In this document: piece by piece, positions 37,761-51,637 of the stretch
Position numbering within the stretch: position 1 is the first letter of the stretch
Layout: every line of letters starts with the position of its first letter
NCBI RefSeq assembly: GCF_009914755.1
Contig: NC_060927.1
Source of the DNA: the human T2T-CHM13v2.0 reference genome, Homo sapiens
Length of the DNA stretch: 64,000 nucleotides
Direction: 5' to 3' (one strand)
Translations under genes and position numbers: made by a program
Notes under the pieces: model-generated
Database searches by the model: none
What the model was told of the DNA's origin: nothing
Seen by the model: only the letters and a program-made list of their open reading frames with translations

Positions 37761-40700
37761 TCTGCGGGAACAAATTCTGTAGTTGTCAATAGTTTATTCT
37801 CCTAGATTAAATGTTTGATAAACTTTTCTAAAAGAAGGAATTTTTTTTTCAGAGAGAAATATAGCTAACATGGAATATCATGTCCTTTTGTACTTACCTG
37901 GAGCCAAAGTAAACTACTTGGAAAATTAAGGTACCTTTTGCTGGACTATTCCTCATCCTTTAGTTTCTTCAGTCCAGACTGGGACATTTTGGTTAAAAAG
38001 GAGTAGGCTTGTGATGTTAAGGTGATCATCTTGGTCACCATACCCCAGAAAAAATCTTTACATATCCATGTCTTAGACACTGAGGTACAGAAAGAGAGTT
38101 CTGAACTTTCCATTCCATTGTCATTTGTGTTGTGGAGTCTTATTAATCTGTCTCATGGAAGGTGGGAATCAGGCTATGAATGGACAATAATTCATGGGGG
38201 GCAGTCAACAGTAGAGAAGAAGTTGCTGCAAATTGATTAATACAAACAAACCAACCTGAGTACCTGGCTCATTTTAGGTTCCCTCCAAAGGCTTCAGTAC
38301 AGGCAGTAACTTAGAAGGTAATCTCAGAGGGTAAGATAATAATAAGGATTGACAATAATAAGGATTGGCCAGGATCTCTGAGATTTACACAAAATGGCTC
38401 CAGAGGTAGACATTATAAAGAAATAGAGGCTAGAACATCTCTTTTTCCAGCTCTATTCCTCCTTTAGTTGAGAGTTTCCCCAGGGCATTAAGCCCTGGGG
38501 GCTTAATGTAAGCCCCACTCTCCCCATCCTAGATTTTTTGAGATCTCCCAGCATTGGAAAAGGTCCTGGGGCAGAAGGAAAAGCATACTTGAGGTGGGAG
38601 TCTGGGTTAGCAGAGAACGGCTTCAGGTGCAGCTGAAGGGACCATGACAGCACTGCCTGACATCTCTGAGGGACTATGACAGGATTCTGACAGCCATATC
38701 TGCTACAGAAGCCTGTAAAGACTTGGGGTGGGGGGCAGTGGTGTATAATATACTGTGTAGTCTGATATTGCATCCTTTAAAGTATGATCTGGGGAAGGTT
38801 AGGCTGCATCTTCTTTATTAAATTATATTCCAAACAAGTTGTCTCCTCTGACTCCTGCATGAAGTCAGACTTTGGGACAGTAAATCCTACACTGTCCAGC
38901 TAAGAAAAATGACATGTTGTTAATAGGCTTAACTGATTCTCTTGCTATGATGGCAAGATCAGATTTTTAGCAGTGCTTCTGAAAATCCTGACACTCATTC
39001 ACCAATTATTTTCTTCTAGGAGTCTAATATGTATTCATCTTCCCATATTTCAGGGAAGAAATAGTTGAACGACTTTAGGGAGCTTTTCCCAAAATGCTGA
39101 CGCATTTTTGCAGCATTTTGCCATAATGGGGCCTATTGAAAATTTTTCTGACATTCTGAATTCATAGCATTAAGATTTGTGGTGTTGTTTTTGTATCTGG
39201 TTTGTATTTATTTTTGTTTTTATTAAAATACAGGAGAAATTGGGACAGGTTAAGAGTTGCACCTAAATGTATGAAGCTTGAGGTCTTTGAACATAAATGA
39301 GTTAGATATACAGAAAGTTATTAAGACCTTTAAGCATTCGTAAACATTTCATCATTGCTGACAATATCTATTTACTTTAGGTAACCCTGCCTGAGCAGCT
39401 CCTGCATTGCTACAAGGATGAAGGTGGGGTTATTTAAAAATTTACCAAGCTGTGAAAGAGTTTTCTGGAGAAAATTGGTTTGGGGACTCAGAGCATAAGG
39501 ATAAACAATGGATACTTTTATGGTTACAGGAGAGGAGTTGATAAACCCCTCATTCCTCTAATGTAATGTATAAAAGAAAATATTGTATTCCTGGTCCTCA
39601 CAAATGGGGAGGTGGTAGGGTAGGTAGGTTATATGAACACACATGTCTTCCCTTTGACAATGAGTGGGCAGGCCTTTAAAAAAAAGTCTGAAAAAATAAA
39701 GAGCCCTGGGGACCATTTAGGCTCTATCAGTGAGTTCTATCCTGAGATATCAAATCCAGTTGCACAGAATCTAAATGTCAATATTTACAAAGCTCTTTCC
39801 ATCTTATATCCCGCTTCCTTTTTCTTTTATGCTCTTTCTACCCCTTTTCCTTCCTCCCTATTCCCTTGATCCCCTACATCATTCTGTTTTCCCATTTGCT
39901 CTCATTTCCTAACAACCCCCATCCCCATTAGTCAGTCCAAAATCTGTTCATCCCGCTATAGGCTTCAGTGATGGAAAAGAAAGGGCCCCAAACAAAGCCA
40001 CCATCCAAGACAAGGAGCTCCAGAGGGTGGTGAATTGGTGATTGAGGTAAAGCCTGGGGACTGAGAATGTTCACCGCTCTGGAGGTTCTTAGCCCGAAAA
40101 GTGATTAGGCATCAGCAGGCTTGATAGCTGTATCAAGCCTCATGATTTCAAAGCTTTCATGAGCTGACAAGGACTTGCTAATTTCAAACTTTCTAACCAA
40201 TTACAATCACAAAGAACTCAGGACAACAATCAGTGAGCAAAATGAAACTGCTGGAGTGAAGCAGCCCTCGGCAGGTTTCACTCTTGTAGCTCTGCTACGC
40301 AATGTGCAGCTGGGACTCTGCTTCAATAAGTAAATAAAAATACATTATAAAATACAAACATACACAATGGATCCCACTTGCTGTCTTGTTCCCAGTAAAG
40401 GGGTATGTAGGAACGCTGTCTTGCATTCATTCAGTCCATTAATTTCTGATGGTGTTAATTAAAAACTTTTGATGCTGGTTTGAATGGAAAATACCTCAAA
40501 CAGTGTTTCCTTTATTGAAACACCAAGTTCCAAGTCTTGGATTATTAGGTTAAGCTCTGTCAGTAGTGAGACCAACATAAATGCTTTTCATACCGTATGC
40601 TTTGACAAAAGAGAATAGTAATAATAATAAATAAATAAATGAAAAGGAAGAAGAAATAAAGTGTTTAGACTGAAAACTCCTTTACTTCACCAACCTGTTT

Positions 40701-41732
40701 TTTTAAGGACTAAACTAAAAATCCAGGTCCCTGAATGTAGAACATATAATTTTAAAAAAATCTTTTTTCAAATCTTTATAGAACATTCAAATCACCCAAT
40801 GTTCCAGGACCTGAATTTTTTATATTTTAAAATGAAGAAAGCTGCTTAAAATAAGTGAATCAGCTGCTAAGTGATTTCTCTCTGTCTTTTCCTCTACTCT
40901 CTCTTTAAAAAGACTGGAAAATGCTTAAAATGGTATATGCAATTGATATGTGCAGCTTAAGGAGCTTAATATAATTACTGAGGACTCAGACTTTCTATTT
41001 AAAAATAAGATAGGGTAGGGTAACAGAAACTCTGAGTGGTGAGTATTCATCCCTTGTGATGGTGAGGTGTGGGAAATGTTTCCAAATGTTTAATCCACTG
41101 AGCAAGGTAAAGAGTGCGAAGCAGTTATTCACAGAATTTGGTGTCCTTCTGAAAACCTAGGGAAGCCTAGGAAATCCAGAGAACAACTGAGGAGGATAGT
41201 ATGAGAGATGCTGTGCAGGAAACAAGCAAATAAAATATCCATTTCTTCAATCCAATGCTTTTGTGAAGTATTAAGCCAACCACCAAAACATTCTGATTGA
41301 TTTTTAAGACTCTTCTCTAATTTTATTTTTTAATTACTCTTCCCTTTGTGTATTGGGGTCTGAAGCCTTGGGCACCCATTCTGAGAGGTCTTGTAAATGT
41401 GTCTCACATATGCCCGTTTCTCTTTTGTTTTCTAATATACCTTTCTCTATCATTTTTCATTTCCCAACCTGTTTATTCACACTGTCTGCAATGTCATCTG
41501 AATCCTCGAAAAACCACAAGACTTTCTCTTTATTCCCCCTGAAGGCCTTCATCACTCTTGTTCTTGTTTTGATCTACATATCTCTAACGAGAATGAAGTT
41601 CTCCATAAAGGCTAAGCAGTTTGGCAGAACTTCCTTCCTTCCCTCCCTAACCGCAGGCTGTATTGACCTCACCCTCTTGGATCAGTTTGCTAAAATGGCC
41701 TCCAAACTTTATGTGATATGATAGTGAACCTT

Positions 41733-41776
41733 CAACAACAACAACAGCAATAACAACAACAACAACAAGAGCAACA
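41733..41776. repeat. Imperfect (CAA)n microsatellite
   Basis: Read directly; it explains the poly-Cys ORF at 41732-41926. Confidence 0.9.
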
Positions 41777-42737
41777 GGATAACTTCAGTGTAAGGCATGT
41801 GAGAAAAATACGCAGAGTAATAGAACTAAAACTCCATGAGGGAAATGGGCCTGAGCAAACCACAGCATGGGTCTTTTTGTTAACAAAATGTATGATTTTT
41901 CCCCAGAGTACATTGATAGAGGACATAGCCTACAAAGGACCAGTAAATGTAAATTAACTAACAGATATGTAGCAAATGAATGCATTTAAAGATGATTTCC
42001 AGCTGAAATGTTTTTTTTTTTTTTTTTCTGGAGACCAAGTTTTTGTTAAACTTAATCCTTACTCTCTTTCCTTTCCAGCAGCAGAAACATCTGGTCGGTT
42101 TTAGATTCCCCTTGGATTTCCAACTTCAAAGGGAATTATAAAGAATAACAAATTCATGTACCGGCACTAAAAAAAAATTAGAGCAGCAGGAGAGAATGGT
42201 AAAATTGTCCTTATTTGACTGCTAGTGACAGGCGCCACAGGCAGAACTATGAGAAAAGACAAAGGCAAGATCACCAGTTGACAACCAGAGTTCCTGCAAG
42301 AGACTGAATCTTTGGCTACATGCAAATATGCACAGGGCCCTTAACAATCCATAGGGAGATTTACTTGCTTAAGGAAAATAAATAGGTAAATAAATAAAAG
42401 GAGTTGAAAGGTAAAAAAAAAAAAAAAAAGAAAGAAAGAAATGAGTTCATGTTTGCCTGTCACATAGTTTGTTGAAATAATAACAAATAAACCAATAAAT
42501 GTTTATTGAAAGAATGACCTGGAAATAATTTTAAAGATCCACTTAACCCCTTGGGTTTTATTTGATTTAAAGAAAATTGTGAGAGTTCTGATTCTACAAA
42601 GGGCTGGATAAGTCATCCAAGAAATAATACAGGCTCTTAAGAGTCCACTAAACTTGGATCTCCAAAGTTCTTAAAAGTAGTTTCTGTTTCTCCTTTGGCT
42701 CCAGATCCTTATTATCAAAAGATGTGACGAGAAATCA

Positions 42738-43208
<471 letters not shown>

Positions 43209-46059
43209 GAAATTTGTAACTGTGTCAAGTTGTGTTTGACACCACTTTATAGAAATGGATTTATTCTTCTCCTCTATCATTTTCTTAGCAAAACTGAAAC
43301 ACACTTCTAGAGTGCAGGTCTTGATATAATCAGACATGAGAAAATGAGAACAGTTAGAGAAAATACAATTTTGCCATTGTAATTACCTCTTACAAACAGC
43401 CTTTCCTCTTTCCTGTTTTATGTGCAATGTGTACAGCAACAACAATAAAAATAAACAAAGACATGATTAACCGATCAATTTGTTTCTCCAAAGAGAGAAA
43501 TAGTTAAGGGCTAAAGTGCCTTTCAATAATTAATTATAAGAGTCTTTAAACTTAGTATTGAGAGGTTACAGATTTCCATACCACAAATACATTAGGTTGA
43601 TTCACAGAGTGGCCATCAAATACCCAGAAAGCAAATTACTTTTGACCGAAATGTATACATCAACAGTACGGTTAGGAATGTTTTCATAGAGGAGGACAGA
43701 ACATACATAACCAGTTCTCTATGGAGCCTAGCATAGTGTCCCATGGACCAATCCACATAAGATAAGACCATCTACAGAGCATATTCTTCATATCACAGAC
43801 TCTAGGTAAGAAGAAAGTATTCTCTAGGTAAGAGGAGAAAAATAAGTGAAGATTTCTTTCGTTAACACTTCCACCATGAAAGGAATGAGCTGACTACAGA
43901 ACCATTTTCTTGAATATTTTTGTCTTGAGTGGGGTTTTTATCCTTCCTTCACCACTCTAGGTAGAGCAGAATCACCAAAGTTCTCTCATTACGGTAATGT
44001 CATAAATCCCATCCTATAGCAGTTGTGCATGATCCTGTGTTATGCATCCAATAAAGTTTATTCAGAAAATATGTCAGCTTCATTAAACAGGGATCTGATG
44101 ATCTGAACAAACCACTTATCTTGCTTTTGTGACATGTATTGGTATCCTTAGGTCTAAAATGAAAATCTTGGTTGGTGGGGGTATCTGCCAAGGATTCCCT
44201 GCCTCATGTAAGCAGAATCATCTAACCACAATTCTGAGCTTAACTGGGGGAAAGGAGGTGGAAGGTGTATCGTACTAGTTCGTTCTAAGAAATGTCTTAT
44301 AGCTTGAGGATACGTGAGGTCACAAATGTAACAACAACTGAACTAGCACCAAGAGCCAAAGAGGCCAAGCATAAGGAAACCTGAAGCAAGAGAAAAAGGT
44401 GTACGCGTACATACACCAAGAAGCAAATGCTATCATTAATAATAATTATTGTTATTACAGCTATTAGAATGATGAGGCATTGATGGTTCACTTGGGTGAA
44501 ATATATAATACATAAGCTAGAAAGAACTGTGGGTAAACTTATGGATCTTTTTAAAAGGCAGTTTATATTCTAGGTTTATGTGATATGAGACACATAATTT
44601 AACACCACATATAAGAACAGGATGCTGAAAAAAGTGAAGAAGACTTGCAGCTTTAAAATAGTATAATGGCTAGTTCCTACTGGTCTTTTCTTGTGACACC
44701 TGCCTTAGTCAAGCCATCCGATATAGTTCTAACCTTTTCTGATATTTTAATGATGATGACAGGCCCAGAGTAAAGGAGACAAAATAATCAGAAGATTCAG
44801 AGGGGAAAAAGAAATGGAAAGAAAAAAAAAGAGTTTGTATTGTTTATACCATCTAATCTGACAAATTTTATATATGCTCTCTGTTTGCTCAGGATAGTTT
44901 ATTGCTAATGTTATGACTTTCTCTTTTTTTTCCATGTGCTTTGCTCTACCAGTTTTGGCTGAAAATATTTTGTATATGTCCATACTGTAAACCCTCATAT
45001 TTTTCTAGAGATTTAGTGTGGTGGGGAAACTTTTTTTTCTTCCCCAAGGGTTAGGCACATCAATATTCTAGCTACTCACTTTTGAGGCCAATGGAAAATG
45101 TGCTCCTAAGATTAAATAGACCTGAGTAACACATAAATTCAGTTTATACTGATGCAGTATGTTGCATAGTTACATCCTGAATTTCTGATGCGTGTAATAC
45201 ACCTGTTGGACAACACATCACTACTGAATAGTCACTGACCTACAATTCAAAGACAGTGAGACAGCACAAGACTACAGATACAGGTTCTCTACAGACAGCC
45301 TGATTTGTACAGAGCATTCCTCATCTGTGGAACTCTGTGTGTAAAGGATCTAGGCTAGCCATGGGAAGCTGGCTCATAGAGGGTTCTAAATATTTTTAGA
45401 ATAAACTAGAGCAATAATACAAGCACAGAGAGCACCCTTTGTTATACAATGCATAATTTCTTTCCCCCCAAACATGTTGTTTAAAAATGATTCAGATTTT
45501 TATTATATAATTCCCCCTTTTACATATTTCTAAATGCCTCACATACCCATCACATGTTTTCCATGTCTGCCAATAATCTTAATTAAAAATTATAAACTTT
45601 TAAAGCCAGTGTTACATTTGATTTAAGTAGATTTGCCATATTTATCTGGTATTGGTTGGCTGTAGCCAGACTGGAGTTCTAAGTAATAAGGGGACTATGC
45701 TTTCCTTTCACCTCAGGTAAGAAATTGTATTCAACACATGCTTAAACCCAATAATAAGTATAATTAATGCTGTATAGATCTGGCAGGCAAATTAGCATCC
45801 TAAATTTGAGTCAAGTAAAAAAAGTACCAAAAGAAAATAGTTCCCCCAAGAAACCTAGCCAAATCTGTGAAATATTTCTCTAGGCAACCAAATTGCCCTG
45901 TGGCTTACAGATGTGTCTAAGAATATTAGGCAACTCACTGATGAGATTTTACAATCAACTGTTACATGTTAGAAAATATGATGTCAGGATACTATGAAGA
46001 AAAATACTACTATATACAATAATAAGAACTATTTATCTGAATAGTTTTTAACATTAACG

Positions 46060-46270
46060 TGTAAAAAATATCCTGATGGATCTGAAATAATGATGTACTA
46101 AATACTACAATGTCTGGGGTTTGCTTCAACATAACATGGTGATATAGTGAGAAAATAACAGGCCATCAGTTAGTCATTGTGCAAGCTGGTGATGAGTACA
46201 TGGGAGTTCATTATAGTAATTTGTTTATATTCATGAATTTAAGATTTTTTATCATAAAAAATTTAAAAAC
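46060..46270 (+). mobile_element. L1MD/L1ME-type 3' end fragment
   Basis: atgtctggggtttgcttcaa...agctggtgatgagtacatgggagttcattata. Confidence 0.7.
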
Positions 46271-46479
46271 ATATACTGATTTGAACTTTTATTCATTTAT
46301 TATTTGTTGACTGATTCATTTACTGTTTATGCAAGGTATTATTGAGATATAAATAATAATAATAATGCTCTTATTGGGCATTTAGGTTAAATGAGCTATT
46401 CCTCTTCAGGAATATTATATATTTATTTTAAATGTTTATAAGGTCTATGTAATTACATATTTCTTAGGTTAAATTTTGA

Positions 46480-46690
46480 AAGCAGGACACAAAATTATAT
46501 AGAAAGTATGATAACATCATGTTTTAAAAATATATCCTCGGGGAAAATGAGAGTAAGGAAATATATCAAATGGTTATTAATGATTGGATTTAAATTATAG
46601 AAATAATTACTTTAATTTTTCTTCATTTTACTCCTATGTGTTTTTCTAAATTATTTTTAATGAGCATGTATCATTTTAAAATGAAAATAA
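46480..46690 (+). mobile_element. L1ME-type 3' end fragment
   Basis: aaagcaggacacaaaattatatag...ttttctaaattatttttaatgagcatgtatcattttaaaatgaaaa. Confidence 0.55.
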
Positions 46691-49600
46691 ATATTTCTTC
46701 ATTACTGGAAAAGATATGTTCTCCTTCCCCAAGGAGCTTTTCATTTACTGAAACAGAGAAACTGCAAACACACAGCATTGCCCAGATAGTTTAAATCTCC
46801 ATACCTAGAAGGGAAATACACCCACAGGAAAAGAAACGTCAATACAGATTTTATCTGATCATAGAAACATAAAGAGCTTTCTCTGTGTTGGACAGCAATA
46901 GGGAAGAAACTGGCTTGTTTGCAAGCCAGCAAAAGCGTGAAATTCAGTCCTTTTTGTGATGAGATCATTTTGTGATAAATGCAAAAGGAGTGACAAATTA
47001 AAGTCACCAAATAAGCCTTTCCCTTGAGCTCCTGAGGCTTACTAATACGAGTTTCTTTTGGGGTAGCATAGCAAGTAAAGCGTGGGAGTGGGGAGGGAGG
47101 CGGAGCTACAATCCCGAAGGCTCCTGGCCTTCACTGGTGAGATGGATATGCTCAGAGAGACAGAGATAGATGTGCAACAGAATCAGAAACAACAACACAG
47201 TGACAACTATGGATTATGCACAATGGATATGGAAAGTCTCTGTTAGAAAACTATCTTTATTACCCCAAGAGATTATTTCCCTCAGTTTATGCACGTTCAT
47301 ATAAAGCGAAGTCAAGAGTGTAACTTTTAAAGGTTTGGATGAATATGATGTTCATGACTAAACAGGCCTAGATGGAGCCAGGCAGAACACAGTTAGATGC
47401 CAGGGAAGTCACCCTTTTCCTCCTCCTCCCTCTCCAGTACAGTTGCCAGTGCATTTCAATGCAGGTCAGCCTCTAGCAAAGTCAGCTGTTTCAAGCTCTG
47501 ATTGGATAATACTTTATCTATACACCCCCAGTCTTGACCTGCACTCTTCTCCCAGTCATGGAAATATCAAGAATTCTAGAAGGCCACAATACCAATCTTT
47601 TTGAAACTTTACAAACTTTACAAATTTTCACTACAAGACACCTAGAAAAATCTTCAAGCCTATGCTTACCTGTAGCCCTGGTCTTGGTCCTCTTACTTAA
47701 CTGGTAAAAGAGGATAGCCTTATTTATGTCTTTGAAGGGTATTTTCCTTTTTTGCTTGTTGGTAAGTACAAGAGCAACCATGTCTAATTTTAAGATTGAT
47801 CCAAATGAAGCAAATGCATTTCAAATTTACAGAATACCATAGAATACTAATGGGTAGTTCAAAGTATCACTAAATGTGTTTGGAGGGTTTTGAGTTTTTT
47901 CAAAACATACAATGTTCCACACAGGAAACATCAGTGCCAACTTCACCCTATCACTCTTTCTGTCCACTCAGGAGTCTCCTTTGGAAATATATCTCTCTGG
48001 AGGGTCTTCCAAACAAATCCTTTGAATACTTCCATCTTGTTTAGCAGAGTATTCTAAAATATTTGTCAAAATCTGTGATAATAGGTTCTGGAGATCATGT
48101 TTCTTATTCTTCTAAATGCTGGTATTTCAAATGAACAAATAGGATATTAAAGATCTGTCCTTTACCAATGTCAAAATATGTTCTGTCAAAATTTAGTATT
48201 GCTAAAGTTTAGACCCAAAGACTCACCACAGCCTTTGGATCTCATATTTTCTGAGGTTCATGGAAAGATATTTGACTTCTTTGCACCTCAATATTTTGGA
48301 CTGCCATTTAGAGATAATGAGAGTTACTTACCAGACAGCAATGTCATGAGGAATATCCTGTTAGTAATGATGAAACATTCTGAAATAAAAAGAGTACAGG
48401 TAAGTGCTAGGTATTTATTTTAATAAATGTATGATAACATGGTAATCATAGAAAATAACCCATTTATTCCTCACTTTGGGATACTGACTAAGTGGTAGTA
48501 TATAAAAAGTAAAGGATGTTTCCCTTTGGGAATGGAAATAGAATTGTGCACTAAGAAAGTATCTTTTGTAACTGCCTGCATGTTTAACTTTAAGGTCTCT
48601 AACCAGTTGCAACCAGTTATGAATGACTTGCTGCCCATTTCTGCAATTCACTGTAACTTGTGTTGAGAAGGTTATGTTTTATGGTTAATTATCCATGGTC
48701 TGTTTAAAAAAATAAATCAAACCACTGTAAACCACTAGGATTTGCAGCTCCATTTGAGCTTTACTGTAGTTTTGATCAAACATTTTGTACATAAAAACAA
48801 GCTGGTTTCTCTTTGTTTTTAGTTGTTTGTTATTTGTGTTATAAATATTGTGGCAATGGTGGGAGAATAAGCTATGGATTATTTACCCTCGGTTTCATGA
48901 GTTGTGAGTTATTGGCCTTATCCTCCTTTATAAGTATAAATAAATGTATAATATTATATTCCAAGTCTTGTAAGACAAATGGAACGAGTGAACTGAAACC
49001 TTTTAGACCCAAAATCTTTTATGCGAAGTCATAGAACAACAAAACAAAACCCAAATTAACATTTAAAAAGCTTCTACTGTGGAGCAACAAAGTCTTTAAA
49101 TATTATATAATCTGCATTTAAAAAACTGCTCATCTAACAGGCAGCAGTCTATCATTCTACAAGCTTTTCAATGCCTTTAACATTCAGAAGCTACAGGTGG
49201 TTTTCCCAAAGATCACTCAGCACCCCCAATATCACTACCACAATGAAAGCCTTGAAAATGGCCAGCATGATTACTTTAAGCCAAAATGGATTTAGAAAAA
49301 TCAGGAATTCGTGTAGCTAAAAGTAATGAAACACTGTATAAAAGAAGAACCCTATAGAATTTTTTTTATAGTTACCATCCTAGGACTTATATAAACAAAA
49401 GAAGTCCAAAAACAATTGTCCAGAGAAAATGAGAAAAGCCAAGATTCAAAGGACCCTGTGGCAGAGTGCATGAGGAGCATACTCGATAGCTAGAATCATA
49501 AGTATCTAACACATTTGCATATGAAACTTAATGAGGATCACCAAAGTAGCTTGCCAAAAATTATGTTTGTTAAATCAGCCAACAGTCTATGTAGCACAGA

Positions 49601-51601
49601 CCCCTAAAAAGAACCTCTAGGAAAGATGTAAAATTGTCTTCTGAAATTTGCTTCTTTTATAAAGGCAGAAAGGATAAAAAGGCCTTTCTCATAAAATGAA
49701 GTGATTGGTCCACTACTACAGTCTGAAGAGTTCTGTATCAGATTTCTTCTTACCCTTTATTACTTGTATGGCTTACTGCTTACCTGCATCAGCAGTCTGC
49801 AGGGTTGGCCATAGCAGGTCCCTTACGAGTTCACTGAAACACGGAAAATATTTATGATGGTACTATTATGTGCCAGACACAACTGGATGGATTCTGCTTG
49901 AAAAGGTAAGTCAGTAACTGAGGTTCTTGTTGCCACATTAAAAGAAAAAATCTATCCCTACTGCCAACAGCAATAAGAAGAGAAGCTAGGGTGAAAGAGT
50001 TGTCAAAGACTTATGAAAAATTCGAAACTGTTTAAAATTCTCCCTAGCTTCTTTTCTTGCATGTCCAAGTAACAGAAAGCTTAGGCCTGCCACCTGTCTT
50101 AAGCCTGGATCCCATATTAAAAAAATAAAAAAAAACAGAAAAATGAGAAACAGCTAATGTGTTCCCAAGGCCTTGGTTACAACAGAAAATGAGAGCCGAG
50201 AAGTCTACATTGGCACACATCGAGATTTGAAAGGTCAGTCCTGCCCTAGTATGGTTCAGAGACCGTGAAAACCCACCAAGATGAAAATGGAAGCTATTCT
50301 GACAACAAGAGGCAGGGAAAAAGTTCAAAGACTTTTCCTCTGCTTCTTTTATAACGAGATACTTTCAACTATTTTTGACAATCAATAAAATGCAAATCTC
50401 CCTCACTTTTGTGTTCTAAGTTTTTTTTTTTTAAATTTAAACAACCCATTTGAAAATTAGGGTACTCAGAATAACTTCTTGTATACAGAACTACACATTT
50501 AAAAAGCTTTGTGCAGATTGTTAATCATATTAAAATTACATCATAAACAATGCACTTTACATGGTGCAAATGTTTTATGTTTTTTTCTTTTGACAATCAG
50601 GCACCTACATGCAAAACTGCATATTGGAATCCAAACTCAACTATAATACATGTAGAGGAACCCTTAGAAAAATGCATGTGGGAATATGATATCCCAGTTA
50701 GAGACTAGAATATTCTGACCAATTTTCATTATTTCTCTGTAATAAATTTATCTGAGCTATAGATCCTGTTAAGAAAATAAAGCTAAATGGAAAAGTATTG
50801 ATAAAATACATTAAATATATATATACTAGCTTAGTCATTATTCATATTAAGATCAGAAAAGATTTCCGCAAGTCATCACAAATACAGAGATGGGATAATA
50901 CCAATAATCTCGATCACCCAGTTGTTAAAACAGAGAACCTCACATTTGGGCAATAATAGTTTTGATTTTTATCTTGTGCACCAGATTTTTCCATACAAAG
51001 GAATTCTAAATTGCAATAGTTAACACATAAGACAGTGTTAAACAAATTCATAACTTTAGTAAAATTAAATGAACCAATTTCTTATGGCTTTAATATCCAG
51101 AAGTAAAGTATGATCTTAAAGAATGATGCTGATCTGAGATACAAGGAGATCAAGCGCTTCAATAGTTCCTCCTCACACACTAATGATCGCATCCATCCTC
51201 TCTTCCACCCACCTCCCACCTTTTCTGGTTGTATTAAAAACAATCAAAACTACCACCACTGCTGCTACCCTTCACACACCTGAACTTAATTTCTTCTAAG
51301 AGATGCCTAACAGTGCCTAGGGCTGTGCTATCACTTTATATCCATTTTATGACCGCTTGAGAGGCAGAAACTAAAAAGGAAGACCAAAACAAAACAAAAA
51401 ATCCCTCCAACCTCCCTTATCAGACAAATGCCTGGTTCCCAGAGGACACCAGTCAGTTAAGCAAAACCAAATATTACAACAGGGATGAAGGACTTATAAA
51501 TTGCATACAAATCTCACTGTGCTCCCACTTAAGGTGGAAAGGGAGTTACTCCAATGAAAGAAAAGGGGGAGGGGGTTGTGGGAAGGAGCGAAGGGCTACA
51601 G

Positions 51602-51637
51602 AAAGAGCGAGAGAAAAAGAGAGAGAGAAAGAGAGAG
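51602..51637. repeat. GA-rich purine tract
   Basis: Read directly. Confidence 0.85.

Noticed and set aside
41732-41926. ORF ending in poly-Cys
   Set aside because: Translation of a (TTG)n microsatellite.
43800-43840. Short tandem duplications (ctctaggtaaga x2; also ~38337-38368, ~2509-2531, ~35390-35412)
   Set aside because: Two-copy slippage duplications; not CRISPR-like, with no spacer array, and the context is eukaryotic.
44400-44411. 12-bp perfect palindrome tgtacgcgtaca
   Set aside because: Palindromes this long are expected by chance in 64 kb, and there is no supporting context.
47660-47680. Other consensus-like splice donors (minus strand 47664, 54605, 58936; plus strand 45714, 48397, 49904)
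   Set aside because: No convincing paired acceptor at exon distance, or located inside a MIR.
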